DNA of 63,691 bases, the filler included, from Rhabdomonas costata (lineage: Eukaryota), in the NCBI GenBank assembly GCA_019059605.1. It is 57 parts of 57 records of this genome, joined end to end, with 100 filler letters (N's around TTAATTAATTAA, not from the genome) between each part and the next. Parts side by side here need not be neighbours in the genome. Positions count along the whole stretch, not along the records: positions 25,752 to 26,771 come from JAHMHO010033166.1; positions 26,872 to 27,891 come from JAHMHO010033167.1; positions 27,992 to 29,011 come from JAHMHO010033168.1; positions 29,112 to 30,131 come from JAHMHO010033169.1; positions 30,232 to 31,251 come from JAHMHO010033170.1; positions 31,352 to 32,371 come from JAHMHO010033171.1; positions 32,472 to 33,491 come from JAHMHO010033172.1; positions 33,592 to 34,611 come from JAHMHO010033173.1; 49 more parts are not named here. One strand, written 5' to 3'. Position 1 is the first letter of the stretch, and every line of letters starts with the position of its first letter. Made by a program: the position numbers and the translations under genes. This document shows positions 25,752-38,850 of the stretch, piece after piece. The notes below the pieces were generated by a model. That model was not told the origin of the DNA. It saw only the letters and a program-made list of their open reading frames with translations, and made no database searches.

Positions 25752-26624
25752 TTGTGGGTGTCCGCTTTCCGTTGCTTTGCGAGGAGCTGCGGAGGTTTGG
25801 TGGCGATGTGGTCGGGATGCAGGAGATGGACCGGCACTTTGACTTCATGCAGCCGTTCATGGAGGGGCTTGGGTACGCTTCTCTGTACGAAAAGCGGCCC
25901 AGTAAGGTGGACGGACTCGGGCTGTACTACAAGAAGGAGAGGCTCACTCTGAAGCGCAGGTAATTAAGCCTTCCAACGAAAGCACACACCTTACAGCTCC
26001 TTTGTCATTGAGCAATGACAGATAGTATATAGCGCTGCGGTTCTTCTAAGCCGCCAGACGGGGTTTTAGTACAGTCTGGCGTAAATTTGCAGATCACGGC
26101 CCATCCTTCAGGGGTCGCACCAGTGACAAGTGTCATTTCCATCTTGCACCCTCTCTGCCCTCCGTTTTATTTGTTGAAGATCCGCTTCGGTTTGTCTCTA
26201 TCACACCTCTTCATACTTGTGTCGTTGCCTTATGCAACGACGCGCAACAGGCCAGTTGGGCGCTGCCTCCGTTAGCTTGCCCTCTTTTCTCTATCCATAC
26301 GTCTGTCTTTCATTTTCCTGTCGTAATGCAGCAAGAGCATTTGCTACGACGAAGCCGACGAGCGCAGCCAGACTCATAACATTGCCATTCTGGCGGAGTT
26401 CGAGCCCAGAGCCGAGGGCTCCTGCCCAGTGAAGGGCGTGGACACTCAGAGAACGTCCCCCTTTGTCTTTGTCACGACGCACATTTTCTGGGACCCCGCA
26501 AAGGAGGACATTAAAGTCCGGCAAGCCGCCCGGCTGCTGCGGGAGGTCGCCGAGTTTCGGAGGGTGGGAGACGGGTCTCTACCCGTGGTGATCTGCGGAG
26601 ATTTCAACTCGCTGCCCACGTCAG
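25752..26624 (+). CDS. CCR4/nocturnin/angel-family EEP phosphodiesterase, two exons (25752-25959, 26332-about 26624)
   Basis: DVVGMQEMD...DGLGLYYK, HNIAI, TTHIFWDP...KVRQ and VICGDFNSLP motifs; the phase-2 GT-AG intron keeps the frame. Confidence 0.93.
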
Positions 26625-26871
26625 GTGTATCGGCGGCGGTTTTTGGCTCGGGGGTTTACGCGAGGGGGTTCGTCCGAATTCTGGGATTCTGGGATTTGAG
26701 ACTTGTCCTTTTATCTGGCCTTCCGGTAAGACATGGATTCCAGTTGGGCATAGTTCGGACGAACCCCCAACNNNNNNNNNNNNNNNNNNNNNNNNNNNNN
26801 NNNNNNNNNNNNNNNTTAATTAATTAANNNNNNNNNNNNNNNNNNNNNNNNNNNNNNNNNNNNNNNNNNNN

Positions 26872-27117
26872 TGTTTTGGGGGGCATGTTGCTGCGGAACC
26901 TGTGCGGCCGGACTCGGAAGAGACGGGCGCTCCTACACCCGTGAATGACACCGAACGTCAGGGAAAGATGGGCACAAAGGATAAGAAAGAGAAGAAAGAG
27001 AAGAAAGAAAAGAAGGAGAAGAAGGAGAAGAAGGAGAAGAAAGAGAAAGACCCTTCAAAAAGAAAGAAGAAGGAGCATTTGCCGGTGACCGTAACTGAGC
27101 CTGCAGAGCCCGCTTAG
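26872..27117 (+). CDS. 3' end of a protein with a KKE-repeat tail
   Basis: The (KKE)n run is encoded with synonymous variation and is followed by a stop codon. Confidence 0.55.
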   Translation, partial: CFGGHVAAEPVRPDSEETGAPTPVNDTERQGKMGTKDKKEKKEKKEKKEKKEKKEKKEKDPSKRKKKEHLPVTVTEPAEPA

Positions 27118-27634
27118 CCGTCTCCGACCTCTCGAGAACTCCTCACGTGCTGCTCTTGCTCGTACCCGTGAATCTTTCTTGTGAATGAGATTCTTGTGAT
27201 TGGGATTATTGTGACTTCTGAAGTTGTGAACTGCTTTGTGTGATTCAGCGACTGTGCTGAACAATGGTGTGCATGTCACCCAGTGAACTTGTTTGCCTTG
27301 TTTTTTTTTGCGTATCCTTCTTTCCGTCTCAGTAGAGAAAAGGAGAAAACTCCCTAGGTGTGTTGTAATAATTCCGCTCACTGGCCTCGATTAGTAGGTT
27401 AGCCAGCTTCACGGAAACCTCGTTAACGGTTTTTCTGGGATGATGCTTGTAGCCTTGTAGCCTTTGGTCCTATGTGCGTCCCAACGCACTTTGAGCTTCC
27501 GTTCGTTGTGTTGCCTTGCCTTGCTTTACTTGGTTGTTTCAGAAGCGTCTCCGCATTTGTCTTTGTAAACTGCTGATCCGTGGCCTCTTCGTTGTGCTTT
27601 CAACGTGAGTTTTTTCATTTGTTGCTGAAGAACT

Positions 27635-27856
27635 ATGGAGTCCGCGCGGGTCGTTCTTAAGCTTTTGGATGTCACAGGGCTGGAGATCCGTGATGGACCC
27701 TGCGCCAGCCGTCTTTTCGTGAGGTTACAGCTGGGGCAGTACACCTTATGCAGCAAGGCCCTTCCCTTTTCTGCCCACCCCACCTGGAACGAGGAGTTTG
27801 ACCTGGAGACCAGCGGCGCGGCATCGGACCAGAAGCTCGTTCTCAGCCTGCTGGAG
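27635..27856 (+). CDS. C2-domain protein, first exon
   Basis: LFVRLQLGQYTLCSKALPFSAHPTWNEEFDL is a C2 signature; donor at 27857. Confidence 0.8.
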
Positions 27857-30569
27857 GTCCGGTCGGATTGCTATGAGGAAAGAGCCCTGGCNNNNNNNNN
27901 NNNNNNNNNNNNNNNNNNNNNNNNNNNNNNNNNNNTTAATTAATTAANNNNNNNNNNNNNNNNNNNNNNNNNNNNNNNNNNNNNNNNNNNNTGTTTTTGG
28001 GGTCACGCACACACACACACGTGTGTGTGTGTGTGTACAAGCTTGTACACTGTCCCATTTAATCAAACCAAAGTGTCCCCGCTCTCGCAATGGACCTGTG
28101 TCCACAGCAGCCAATGCAACAGCCGAGTCTCGCTCCTCTGTACGGTTCCTGAGGAAACGGAAAACAACTTTTCACGAGAGCAATCATGGAGAAACGTTGC
28201 AACCCACAGGGCCTTTCCCGAATTCCACTTTTTGTCGTTCCTATGACCGAATAATCCCACAGGAATGAATGTCAATTGGCACGCCCGCAGCACCCCAATG
28301 TGCCAAAAGCTGATTTGTACGTGCGTCTCTCTGTCCATGTCTGTGTAAGCGGAGAATCGAGAGTCTTCCTTAAAAAAATTTGGTCTCGGCAAGTGCACAC
28401 TGAGAGAGAGGGGGGGAGATACACCTAGGGAAGTACAGCTTCATTTGTTGATAGTACACCTCGTATTCTGCAGGACCAGGAAGAGCAAACCCAACCTGTG
28501 AGGGGAGCACACAGATATCAGATAAAAACTCCACCCGACTGCCCCGAGGAACAGCATGAGCAATACAGAAACGAAGGAAAGCAATTGGTATCTGCCGAAA
28601 CGCCGTCTTGCGCCGTCTGGCGTCACTTAGACTGATGTTTTCGAAAATATCGCAGCCCATTGTTTATTTTATCTTTTTATTTTCTGCTTATACTCACACG
28701 GGCAGCTGCCGAAACGTGATCCAGCACCAACTGCAAAATTGGGACAGCATTTTGGCAGATGGGATATGGAATTCTACACACCAAGGGCTCCGGGGTGCCT
28801 GTGCTGTCGACTGTCTCTGCAACCTTGCTGTTGCTGCTGTTGCTGCTGCCCAATGCAATTGGTAGCCTGGAGGTGGGGTTGAACGATCGACATTCAAACT
28901 CTCAGTAAAGAACTTTAAAACACGAACCTTGGACAACTTCCCAGGGTAACGCTCCAGGAATCGTCGAACAGTGCCTGCGGGCAGTCAGTAATTTAGCAAT
29001 TAACAACCACANNNNNNNNNNNNNNNNNNNNNNNNNNNNNNNNNNNNNNNNNNNNTTAATTAATTAANNNNNNNNNNNNNNNNNNNNNNNNNNNNNNNNN
29101 NNNNNNNNNNNTGGTGGATCGTCAGAAATTGTAAATGGAAGCGCGTAAACAAGGACAGGATCCATGTTTGCTTTTATTTGTTGCGTTTTTATTACTTTCA
29201 TTCGTTGAGATTTTGAGTTGTTTCTCGCTCATGTTCTGAAATTTCCACACTTTGCTATTTCGGGCTATTTCCGTTTTGAATTGTCACATTAGGTGGAGTT
29301 TTACGCCGAGGTGGCTGCTGGTATTGCTGCAGGTCGTGATCTTCTTCTTCAACGATATCGCACCGCAACAAAACAAAACATACCCGCTAGAAGCTGTTCT
29401 TCTTTGAGCGCTTTCATTAGCAGTTTTCCTGGAACTTGTTGAAATCACCGTGCCTTTGCGTTTTCATCCCAACGTCCAGCAGCCACTGGTCATGCGGCAT
29501 CCCTCACCCTTACGTAACGGGTGACCATCACCAGTGCACGTTTAGGGTGTATACCGCTAACCCTCTGTTGCCACTGTCATGCATGCCTATAGTAGTGGTG
29601 GTTCATCTGCGCGTGTGTCTTACCTGCACTGTACTATGGTGTAGTTCTATGGTGGTAGTACTATGGTGTAGTGTTGGTGCACAGAATGACTAGCAACGGT
29701 GTTGACATCACTACTGCGGAGTAACACATGGATGCACCACGAACCATGCGAGCGCTAGACAATGAGAGGCTGACATCCACTCAACTCACCTCCCACGCCA
29801 TGTTCGGGTGCAGCTGCTGGGTTTGAGTGACGCTACTTTCACCGTTCACCCTAGGTTACACTATAGCCTGGTATCCATCACTAGGTCTTTGACTTTCTTC
29901 TGACGCCCAAGTACACCAGGTATCTTGTTGTTACTCCATACGCATATGATTAACCTGCAACACCAGTCTCATCACCGTATCCCTGCACATGGAGCTCACA
30001 CAAAGACAGTCCAAACACACCACCAAAGTCACTCTAACCACAACAACAGATCCAAAACCACAAAGCTGACAGAAGTCAAACACACCAGATAACGTACCGG
30101 TACACAGGCAGCAGAACTCACACCTGACACCNNNNNNNNNNNNNNNNNNNNNNNNNNNNNNNNNNNNNNNNNNNNTTAATTAATTAANNNNNNNNNNNNN
30201 NNNNNNNNNNNNNNNNNNNNNNNNNNNNNNNCCTCGGGTCGCCGCTGCCGTATGGTTGGTTAGGAGCTTGCAGTCAGCGCTGCACATGGTGCGGTGGCTA
30301 GCAGGCAGTTTTACGGTAGTAAAACGAAAAACGAAACGCAAACAAAAGGGCAAGTGGTCGTGCGCGCAAGTACAACGAAGAGGGCAAAGCGTGGGGGTGT
30401 CACTGAAGGTCTCCCAAAACACTGCATGGACGGCATTTACAACGTAAAGGTGCTTCGGACTGGGTTTTCACCCCAATTGCACCTTACAAGAAGTCTTTTA
30501 CCAGTAGGGGGCTTCTTTCTTCTTTTCTTTCTTTTTGAAAGCTCGCTTTCGGTCGTCGCACCCCAGCCC

Positions 30570-31251
30570 TTATTCACTGCGAGCTTGGTCAAAGCCAACG
30601 TCCCGAAACCACGGGCACGGTGAGGAACCCGCCAAGGCGGTCTCTATTTCTACTCGCAAATAGCAGACTCACTCAATAACACAAAATAAGCGGTGGCTGC
30701 GGAAAAGGGAAGGGACCGTGATGGGACTCGAAGAAGATCCGAACACAAGGAACAAACAAATGAACAGCCAAACAACCAAACAAACCAAAAACTCATCAAC
30801 CAAACAACGAACGCACTAGCAGGCTGTCGTTCACCATGAAGAGAGATGGGGGAGGGGGAGGGGGCTTTACTGGTGAAGGGTCCACTGGTGAAGAGTCGGC
30901 TCGTCGCCGGGAAGTGCTGACAGCTTATAAGACGACAAATTTACGCAAAGCAGGATTCTGTTGGAAATGAAAAATAATCTCCCGGTTATGGGGTATAACT
31001 TGGCTTTTGAAAGCCCAGTCAGGGGCGGGGGTCCTGGGGCTCATGTTGGTGACAGCTTGTATGAAAATCGGGGTTTCTCAGCTTCTCTCTTTTAAGTTAG
31101 CTTGTTCTCTTCGTCCTTTCGCATCCACCGCTTATTTTGTGTTATTGAGTGAGTCTGCTATTTGCGAGTAGAAATAGAGACCGCCTTGGCGGGTTCCTCA
31201 CCGTGCCCGTGGTTTCGGGACGTTGGCTTTGACCAAGCTCGCAGTGAATAA
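30570..31251. repeat. 127-bp perfect inverted repeat (30570-30696 / 31125-31251) reaching the fragment end
   Basis: Exact reverse-complement match; probably a fold-back chimera. Confidence 0.9.
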
Positions 31252-31972
31252 NNNNNNNNNNNNNNNNNNNNNNNNNNNNNNNNNNNNNNNNNNNNTTAAT
31301 TAATTAANNNNNNNNNNNNNNNNNNNNNNNNNNNNNNNNNNNNNNNNNNNNAGATTGCGCAAGGAAGAAGTGAGCGGATCCTTATTACCACCTCAAAAAG
31401 CCATAGGGCCCAGAGCGGCATCGCACGCACTAAAAGAATCGCGGTGAGGAAAAGGGTGATATACCATTTCTCTCGAAAACGTTCCTTCCAAACCCAACGT
31501 TTTAATGGGAGAGGCGAGAAAAGAATAGGGTGCCAGTGGGAGGAGTTCCATCTTGCACGGGTTTGAATGGGCATCGTGCAGCGGGAAAGCAGCGGAATAG
31601 AGGGTCAAATTCCACATATTTTCATCAGAAATGACGCACACAGCGTCATCTGACGGTTCGATTGATGTATTTTATGGATTTCCTTCAGAGTTGGGCTCAC
31701 GGACTCATCTACCCCCCAACCCCCTTTCCTGTTCTCCTACCCTTGCCTTTACAATTCTTTGTAGCGCTTTGCCTAACAAGCAGGATGAGAAGCATTGATC
31801 TCTCTGGACGACAGATGAACATTATGGCTATCTCCTGAGGTGAGCAAAGCGCATCCAAGCGCTCTCCAAGGGCAACAAGAGCCAAAGGCGGAAAAAAGAC
31901 TAATTATTCTACGATCAACCCGGACGCAGGCACACACGCCCATCCCAAACGCACGTCCCGCGAAGTGCAGAC

Positions 31973-32345
31973 CTCGTCCAGCGGGTCGCACTGATTAATC
32001 CTCTGGCAGGCAGGATCGGTCAAGATGCCGTGCGTTGCGCAGGCAATCACTTTTTCAGCTCCTGCGAAAGCGCCCCAACAGTAGGGATTTGCAACCAAAT
32101 AGAAACCAGACTAAAAAGAGCATCAGAGATTCACAGTGGCAGGCGAAAGGACAAAGCGCACTCGAAAAATCGCTGGGCAGAATTTCCGAGAGAACTCGCG
32201 GAATCCGAACGTCCAAAATTCCACCCTCACCCTTCCGGTTTTCAAAGAAGAGAGTTCCGCGAGCATGCCATGTTCTTTGAGGAGATTGGCGGCCTTCACC
32301 AGGGTTCCAGCTGTGTCAATCATGTCGTCAATGATGATGCAGCTG
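31973..32345 (-). CDS. PRS: Ribose-phosphate pyrophosphokinase (PRPP synthetase), two exons (about 32345-32269, 32061-31973)
   Basis: CIIIDDMIDTAGTLVKAANLLKEHG|AEKVIACATHGILTDPACQRINQC; the frame is restored by a GC-AG intron at 32268-32062. Confidence 0.95.
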
Positions 32346-32789
32346 GAACCCTGGTGAAGGCCCCCAACCCCNNNNNNNNNNNNNNNNNNNNNNNNNNNNN
32401 NNNNNNNNNNNNNNNTTAATTAATTAANNNNNNNNNNNNNNNNNNNNNNNNNNNNNNNNNNNNNNNNNNNNGCGACTGCCTGGACTTCCGTAAGCCAAGC
32501 ACACCATTGTAAAATGGTCATACGACATGGATGGTAAGAGCAGAGTGTCAATAAGCATCTCTCTCTGACTTTGTGTCTGGCCCCCCTTCTCTCTTCCATA
32601 ACCCCTCGCCCCCGCACCCACGCGAAAGGTACGGCAACCGCAAGAGTCGCATCGACGATCGCAATTTGTGTGTGTATGTGATGTTCCGCGTAGGGATTAG
32701 TACGCTGCAGTTGCCATTACGTTTTCCGTTCGCGAATGCTTTCGCGCCACTTCATGTTCCTTGCCATGCCGTTTCCCCAGGGTGACTGA

Positions 32790-32930
32790 CCGTTTCGTGG
32801 AATGCTCGTGTGGGAGAAAAAGTCGCTGCGTGCCAAAATCCTCAAGTTACAAAAAAATCATCTCAACAAGGCTTCCAATGATTCGAAGGAACTCCGGCTT
32901 CCTTGTCCCAATTGTGCGCCTTCTGATCAT
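32790..32930 (+). pseudogene. Possible decayed HNH endonuclease fragment
   Basis: ECSC-WEKKSL...LKLQKNHLNKASNDSKELRLPCPNC resembles C..C...W.gk.l.LqidHing...Dnr.eNLr.LCPNCH; key residues are missing. Confidence 0.4.
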
Positions 32931-33610
32931 GAACCCCCGCACGGATTTGTGGACACATCGACCTACGGGGGAGGGGGGGGGGTCGGAATTGGATAGATCT
33001 GCGACCCACGACCCGCGCACCACGCTATCTACAACGCCATGCTGCCTCGTTTCGCCGCGCTGGAGGACCGCATCCCGTTCGAGTCCAAGCTTTAGGGCCT
33101 TATGCGGAACGAGCCAATGACTTTTCCGCTCTGAGTCAGAGGATGCATCTCTTTTACGTTTCTGACATATTTGTACTGCGATGATGGGTTCCCCTTCCCA
33201 AGAAGGGGTGTGATGGCCCCTACTGATGATGATCCCCTCTCAACCACTGTGATGGCCCCTACTTCCCACCTGCCGCCTCCCGCCGCACACCCTTTGTACT
33301 TTTCAGCCTCTCAAACCAACTCGCCTGCCAACCTGACCAGTGTCTCGTTCGACGCTTTCTATTGGGGGCTGTGGTTTTTTTGGTCGCCGAAAGTGATGCC
33401 CTGCATTGTTGCCGAGGTTTCCCCAGTCGCCCGAAAAAGGAGTAAGTAAGGTATTGAACATACGGTGGAGGAACGTGAAGATGAGGTCCACNNNNNNNNN
33501 NNNNNNNNNNNNNNNNNNNNNNNNNNNNNNNNNNNTTAATTAATTAANNNNNNNNNNNNNNNNNNNNNNNNNNNNNNNNNNNNNNNNNNNNGGGTGTGGG
33601 TGGAGGCGAC

Positions 33611-34551
33611 CTAAGGGGCGCATGTCCCCGAAGATGTCGAAGCAGCAGCACACAAGGGCGTGGGTCCCGGCGGAGTTCTGCTGCAGGCGGACCCGGAAGA
33701 AGCGGTAGAAGTCCCGGATGTCGGGCACCGGGAACACTGCGCGGAGCTGCCGCTCGTTCAGCGTGGCGTCGTTGAAGTGCCGCGACAGGAACGTCCATCC
33801 CTGCCGCCCCCAAAGACTTCTAACCCATCATTTACAATGACTGCAACGTCTTTTGTCCCCTTACAAGCAACTGCAGAGGCCGCTAGAAAGCTGACGTGAT
33901 CAAATTATATATAGGATATTTCTGTGCAAGAGAGCGTCGTATGCGTCGCTCCTCTGCTCGCCACGCCTTCTAACCTCCTGCAAACTCTGTGATGGAATCT
34001 ATGTGGCGCGTGGGAATAGATGATGGCAAGGACAGCGCCGACATACGCCCACAATCGAAAGTAAGTCAAACACTTCCCGAGCAGTCTAAAAATGCTGAGA
34101 TGAGGTCGTTCCGGGTTCACGGTCGTCAAAGAAGCGCGCTGTTATGTTCGTTGTTGACTTTAGCATTCACACCATACGTGTGCGGATAGGTATTGAAAAT
34201 CGCGTGGACACATTTACGCAGTTCAAGTCGAGTGATGATTTGATGTGCGTCAGATAAAGGCAGTAAAAACCAAAACCAAAACTCGCGGTGCGAAGGTGGC
34301 ATCAATTCAAATATGGGAAGTCTACTTCCTGCGGGTCAAACAAGATGGGGTAGGTATCACCTGGGAGACACAGCGAAAGAAATCACAATGAGTGTTGAGA
34401 AAGCCTCCGGGAGAAGCGAGCTGTGCAGGAGTGCGAAGGAGTCGAAGTGAGGAGTGCGTGGGCAGGAGGGCGAGGAAATGTACCACGCCATCGTTGGAGC
34501 CCTCGAAGACCCAGGTGCGGATGAAATACTTTGGCAAGCCCACTCGGTGGG
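33611..34551 (-). CDS. Galactose-binding/F5-8 type C-like domain of the HECTD1/BTB-associated kind, two exons (34551-34484, 33800-33611)
   Basis: YFIRTWVFEGSNDGV|GWTFLSRHFNDATL...YRFFRVRLQQNSAGTHAL...DIFG, joined by a phase-0 GT-AG intron. Confidence 0.8.
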
Positions 34552-37500
34552 CTGTGAGAAATCAGCGCAATCGCACTGGCAATTGTTGCACACGTGTGTG
34601 GCTAAAAACCCNNNNNNNNNNNNNNNNNNNNNNNNNNNNNNNNNNNNNNNNNNNNTTAATTAATTAANNNNNNNNNNNNNNNNNNNNNNNNNNNNNNNNN
34701 NNNNNNNNNNNGTGGGGCTGTGCGGGAAGCAATTCTGGGTTCGAACTACGATTCTGGAAGGTATTCTGTTCTGGTAGGTATTCCTCCTGAGTAGTATGGG
34801 CTGCCTGGTCACCGCTGTCGCGGTCCCGGACGAGGATGTGGCCTCCTGCCTGGAACCTCCCCCGCCCGCACTGGCTACGTCAGGTTCACGCCCATCCTTC
34901 CAACTCGTCCCTGCTTCACTCTCCTGGTGGAAAGCGCTGCCTCCCCTTTTCGCATACCCTGAGGAGAGGAAAGTCTATGAAGTCAAGTATCACCCAAGTG
35001 CGGCCACAGGTAATCGTCAGGAAATCGGTGGATGGTACCACTCTTCTGGCGGGTACCCTAAGAAATGAAACAAGCAAACCTTCTCTGGAAGAGGATTGAC
35101 CTTGGGGAAAGGTCAAGGAGCGACCTCATAGCTGTGCTGTTGCGCCAGCGCCCGGGCCAGGACAAATGTGGTATACTCTGCAGCTTACGTTTGGCAAAAG
35201 CTTTCCAAACCCCTTTCTGTGGATTTCTTTGTGTCAATTAAATAGCTTTCACCGTAATTTCACGATTCACATGACTTTCTTTGGTGCAGCCGTGTGACCA
35301 TCTACCCACCCAGCTACAAGCCCATGGCCGGTAATAGGACTGTGGTCTGTGCGCATACGTCTCTCTAACCCTTTGCTCTCTGCGCACCCTTCGCAGGGGT
35401 GATGTGTTTGGCGGGCACGGACCACGGTCTGGTGTACAAGATAAGCTCGGGAGAGGACCCCGCCTTGGCGTTTCAACTGCTGGCGGACGTCCAGTGCCCC
35501 GTGGTCTGCATGGCCGCTGCGTATGTCCTCTTTCATCACTCCAGCAGCGTGCCCTGGAACCTGACTTGATTTCTCGCCGTCAACCTTTGGGATGTGGCAA
35601 GAGATCTACTTTCGAGCAGATACACGTTTGAGAGGCAATGGTTCCTTATTCTTAATTACCCTCAGCCACTGCCAAGCTCACGTGTAGCCCGACCGATATC
35701 TGATGTTCAATCCCCAACTCAATTTGAATTNNNNNNNNNNNNNNNNNNNNNNNNNNNNNNNNNNNNNNNNNNNNTTAATTAATTAANNNNNNNNNNNNNN
35801 NNNNNNNNNNNNNNNNNNNNNNNNNNNNNNGGGTTTTTTTTTCACTGTTTTCACTGTTCACACATGCTCCAATGCCGGGGAGGGATTGCCTTCCGCGCCG
35901 CTTTGCATCGTGTGTTACCCTCACAGAGACCCCCTGCAGAGGCGGAGTTCCGACCGGTGCCTGCGCTTTTCTCATCACCTTTCCCGCAAAGAGGCACCTT
36001 GTGGTTTGGTGTCATTGGTGATTGTCGTGAGTGGAGTACGCTGGACGCTCTGCCTCGGCTTTGGTTAACGAACGGGAACTTCATTGACGGTTGGCGGTTT
36101 CCCAGTGGTTAACGGCGATGGCCGGTTTTGCACCAGCGATAAAACAGAAACGGCCAGATTTCACGACGGCAGCGTGCAGCACACGGTTTTTCCAAACCGT
36201 TTTTGGTTCAACTGTGATTGTGCCCACCCTTCTCTCATATTGCCGTTCGCGGAATCCGCAGCTCGCTTCAGAACTCAGTGTGACAAACAGAAGCACTTGA
36301 AAAACGACGTCTTAGGTGCAGAAAGCGTCATTTCATTGAAAAACAGATGTACAATGCGTTTTTGCAGTTGTTTTTTTAGGTTGGTACGTTACGAGTTGCT
36401 TCGGGTAATGCTCATCAGGTGGAACCTCGACCTTATGGGAAAGTCGGGGAGATACCCGCCCACCGCAAGCTCCCTCGGAGTGTCGTCCGGCTGAACTCCC
36501 TGAGCCCTTACATGGGCTCCTTCGTATATGGCGTGTTTTGTGTAGAGCAGTCTTCTAGAGTTGCAAGGGTGTCGAGCTCCTTAAGTCAGCAAGAATTTTT
36601 ATACTTGCTGGAAACATGCATATGGTGGTACGGAAGTCGCAGTTGCTTTTCATCAAACCAACCAAACCAAGACGCTGTGGTGAGCATGGGAGAGTTGCGT
36701 TCGGCTGCTGACGCGAGGGTTAGGGGTCCACTTCTGCTTTTGGTAATTTGCTCTTTCCACAGTTCTCTTTCACAGCGGTTTCTGCCCCCGATTTGAAAGA
36801 GAACTGTGGAAAGAGCAAATTACCAAAAGCAGAAGTGGACCCCCAACCCNNNNNNNNNNNNNNNNNNNNNNNNNNNNNNNNNNNNNNNNNNNNTTAATTA
36901 ATTAANNNNNNNNNNNNNNNNNNNNNNNNNNNNNNNNNNNNNNNNNNNNGGGTGGTGGTTTGCTTTCACACGGCCATCGTTCGTTTGTTTTCCCTGCTAT
37001 AGCAGCTGTGAAAGACCCCCCCCCCCAATTCCCATTTGGAGGGTCACCAAACCTGTATTCTTCCCAATTCAGCGAGTGGAAGTTTTAGCTGGATTCGGAA
37101 GGAAGAAGCGTATAAAAGCGATGGTCCCCAAAGCAACGCAAACGCAAGCACAGCGCTGAGTACCATCAGCATGAGGACGCACAGCACAGAGTACGACCCA
37201 CTCGCAAAGTTGTTGCAAGCACAAAGGCAGAAAAAAAAGGGGGGGAAAAACAGGGAAAAGGAGCAAAGATGAATTTCCAAAGCTGGAAAGTCGCACGCCC
37301 AGGGACACAGCATTCAGAAGGCAAACCGAACTGAACTGAACTGAACTGTCGATGGGGTGTGAGTGCATGGGCGGCCGGGTCGGATGCACATTTGTGTATG
37401 ACGTGTCTGTGTGTGTGTGCATAGCGGTGCACCCACATGGAGGTGCTTCCACTCCCAATGATCCATGAAGAAAACATCCCAATTCTATTGGGAGAAGAGG

Positions 37501-38069
37501 GAGGGAAGGAAACGGATTCTGCAGCGGTATACTAAAAAGCCAATTCCCCACCACATTCGAGTGGAGAAAGAGGGCACCATGAAACGGCGCAGCCATCTGC
37601 AAACAGCAAGCAGGCGAGCGGCTGCTGAGAGATCGGAGATGGGGGGGGGGAGATGGAACGAGAGCAAAGAACGAGGGAAATACCATTCCAGATCACTGAT
37701 GGACCATCCGCCAGCACACCAACAAAAGCTACACACACAATTACACGCGCCGCCGCAGGTATGCTGACACATACGCACAGGCCCAGACACACGCACGCAG
37801 GCAATGCGAAAAAAAAAGGAAGAGGCTTGAGGGGCAGGAGGCAAAGGATGCGAACCTACTTCTGTGACGGAGCTCCAGTTCCCTTGCACGCCTCTTCCTC
37901 TTTTTAACCGTACACACAGAGCCCCTACCCAGCACACACGGTGCGCTATTCCTGACCTCCCCAAAAACCNNNNNNNNNNNNNNNNNNNNNNNNNNNNNNN
38001 NNNNNNNNNNNNNTTAATTAATTAANNNNNNNNNNNNNNNNNNNNNNNNNNNNNNNNNNNNNNNNNNNN

Positions 38070-38806
38070 GTTTGTTGTGCCGTTACTATTTATAAAATAA
38101 CTTGTTACAGTATATGTTCTAGATGTTCCATTAAATGAACCATCAGCCGAAGTTGGGGTTTTCAATGATTTATCTTCGAAAATGATATTTCCTTTGACAT
38201 CATCAACAAAATTAGTTACAACTGATGAATTTTGTGCATGTGTACCAACTTGTAAAGATGTTGATGACTTCAGTTTTTGATTCATATACACTTGAAAATC
38301 TAATTGAACATGTGAATTTTTACCAACATTTAATAAATTTAAATGATCTACTTTTGAATTAGTCCATAATGAACCATTATATACTAATGATTGACCTGAT
38401 GTTGCTGATGATATTGTACAATCAGATAAATCACTACCAAGTTGAAATATGCATTTTTCCATGTTGAAGAAGCATAATCATATTTTAACATTTGTTTATC
38501 GTGTACCGAAGACATACTAACATCTGTTAAAGCTGACAATGTCATTGTAGCGTTCGAATTTACCCATTTAGTACCATTGTAACGTAATACTTGACTTGGT
38601 GTAAGACCTGCCAAAGATACATCTGTAAGACCAGATAATGTAGATGATCCAGTACCTCCACCACAACCTGTTCCATTAGTCCATTTACCAGCACTGAAAA
38701 CAAGAGATTGGCCATCTGTTGGAGCAACTATTTGACAATCTTTTAGTTTTTGTAAATAAGTAATTGATTCCTCGCCACTAGAAACATTATCAGTAATAAA
38801 CCCCAT
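38070..38806 (-). CDS. Virion fibre-like repeat protein, frameshifted near 38445, 3' incomplete
   Basis: Four L..L.D(V/C).....gq.L.y....W.N repeats, then DHLNLLNVGKNSHVQLD. The two track ORFs join with a one-base indel. AT-rich and intronless. Confidence 0.75.
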
Positions 38807-38850
38807 TTATATAATACAGACATAAAAAAATATCTGATTATAATATATAC
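38807..38850. promoter_or_regulatory. Candidate bidirectional viral promoter
   Basis: 44-bp AT-rich spacer; the + strand reads tatctgattataatatatacATG and the - strand reads tgtctgtattatataaATG. Confidence 0.45.

Noticed and set aside
30712-30735. tRNA 3' half (ttcgagtcccatcacggtc, - strand)
   Set aside because: No GGTTC T-arm, D-arm or matching acceptor stem.
30570-31251. Long inverted repeats as transposon TIRs or miRNA-like hairpins
   Set aside because: One arm abuts a fragment end in every case, and at 32340-32362 it overwrites PRS coding sequence, as expected for a fold-back chimera.
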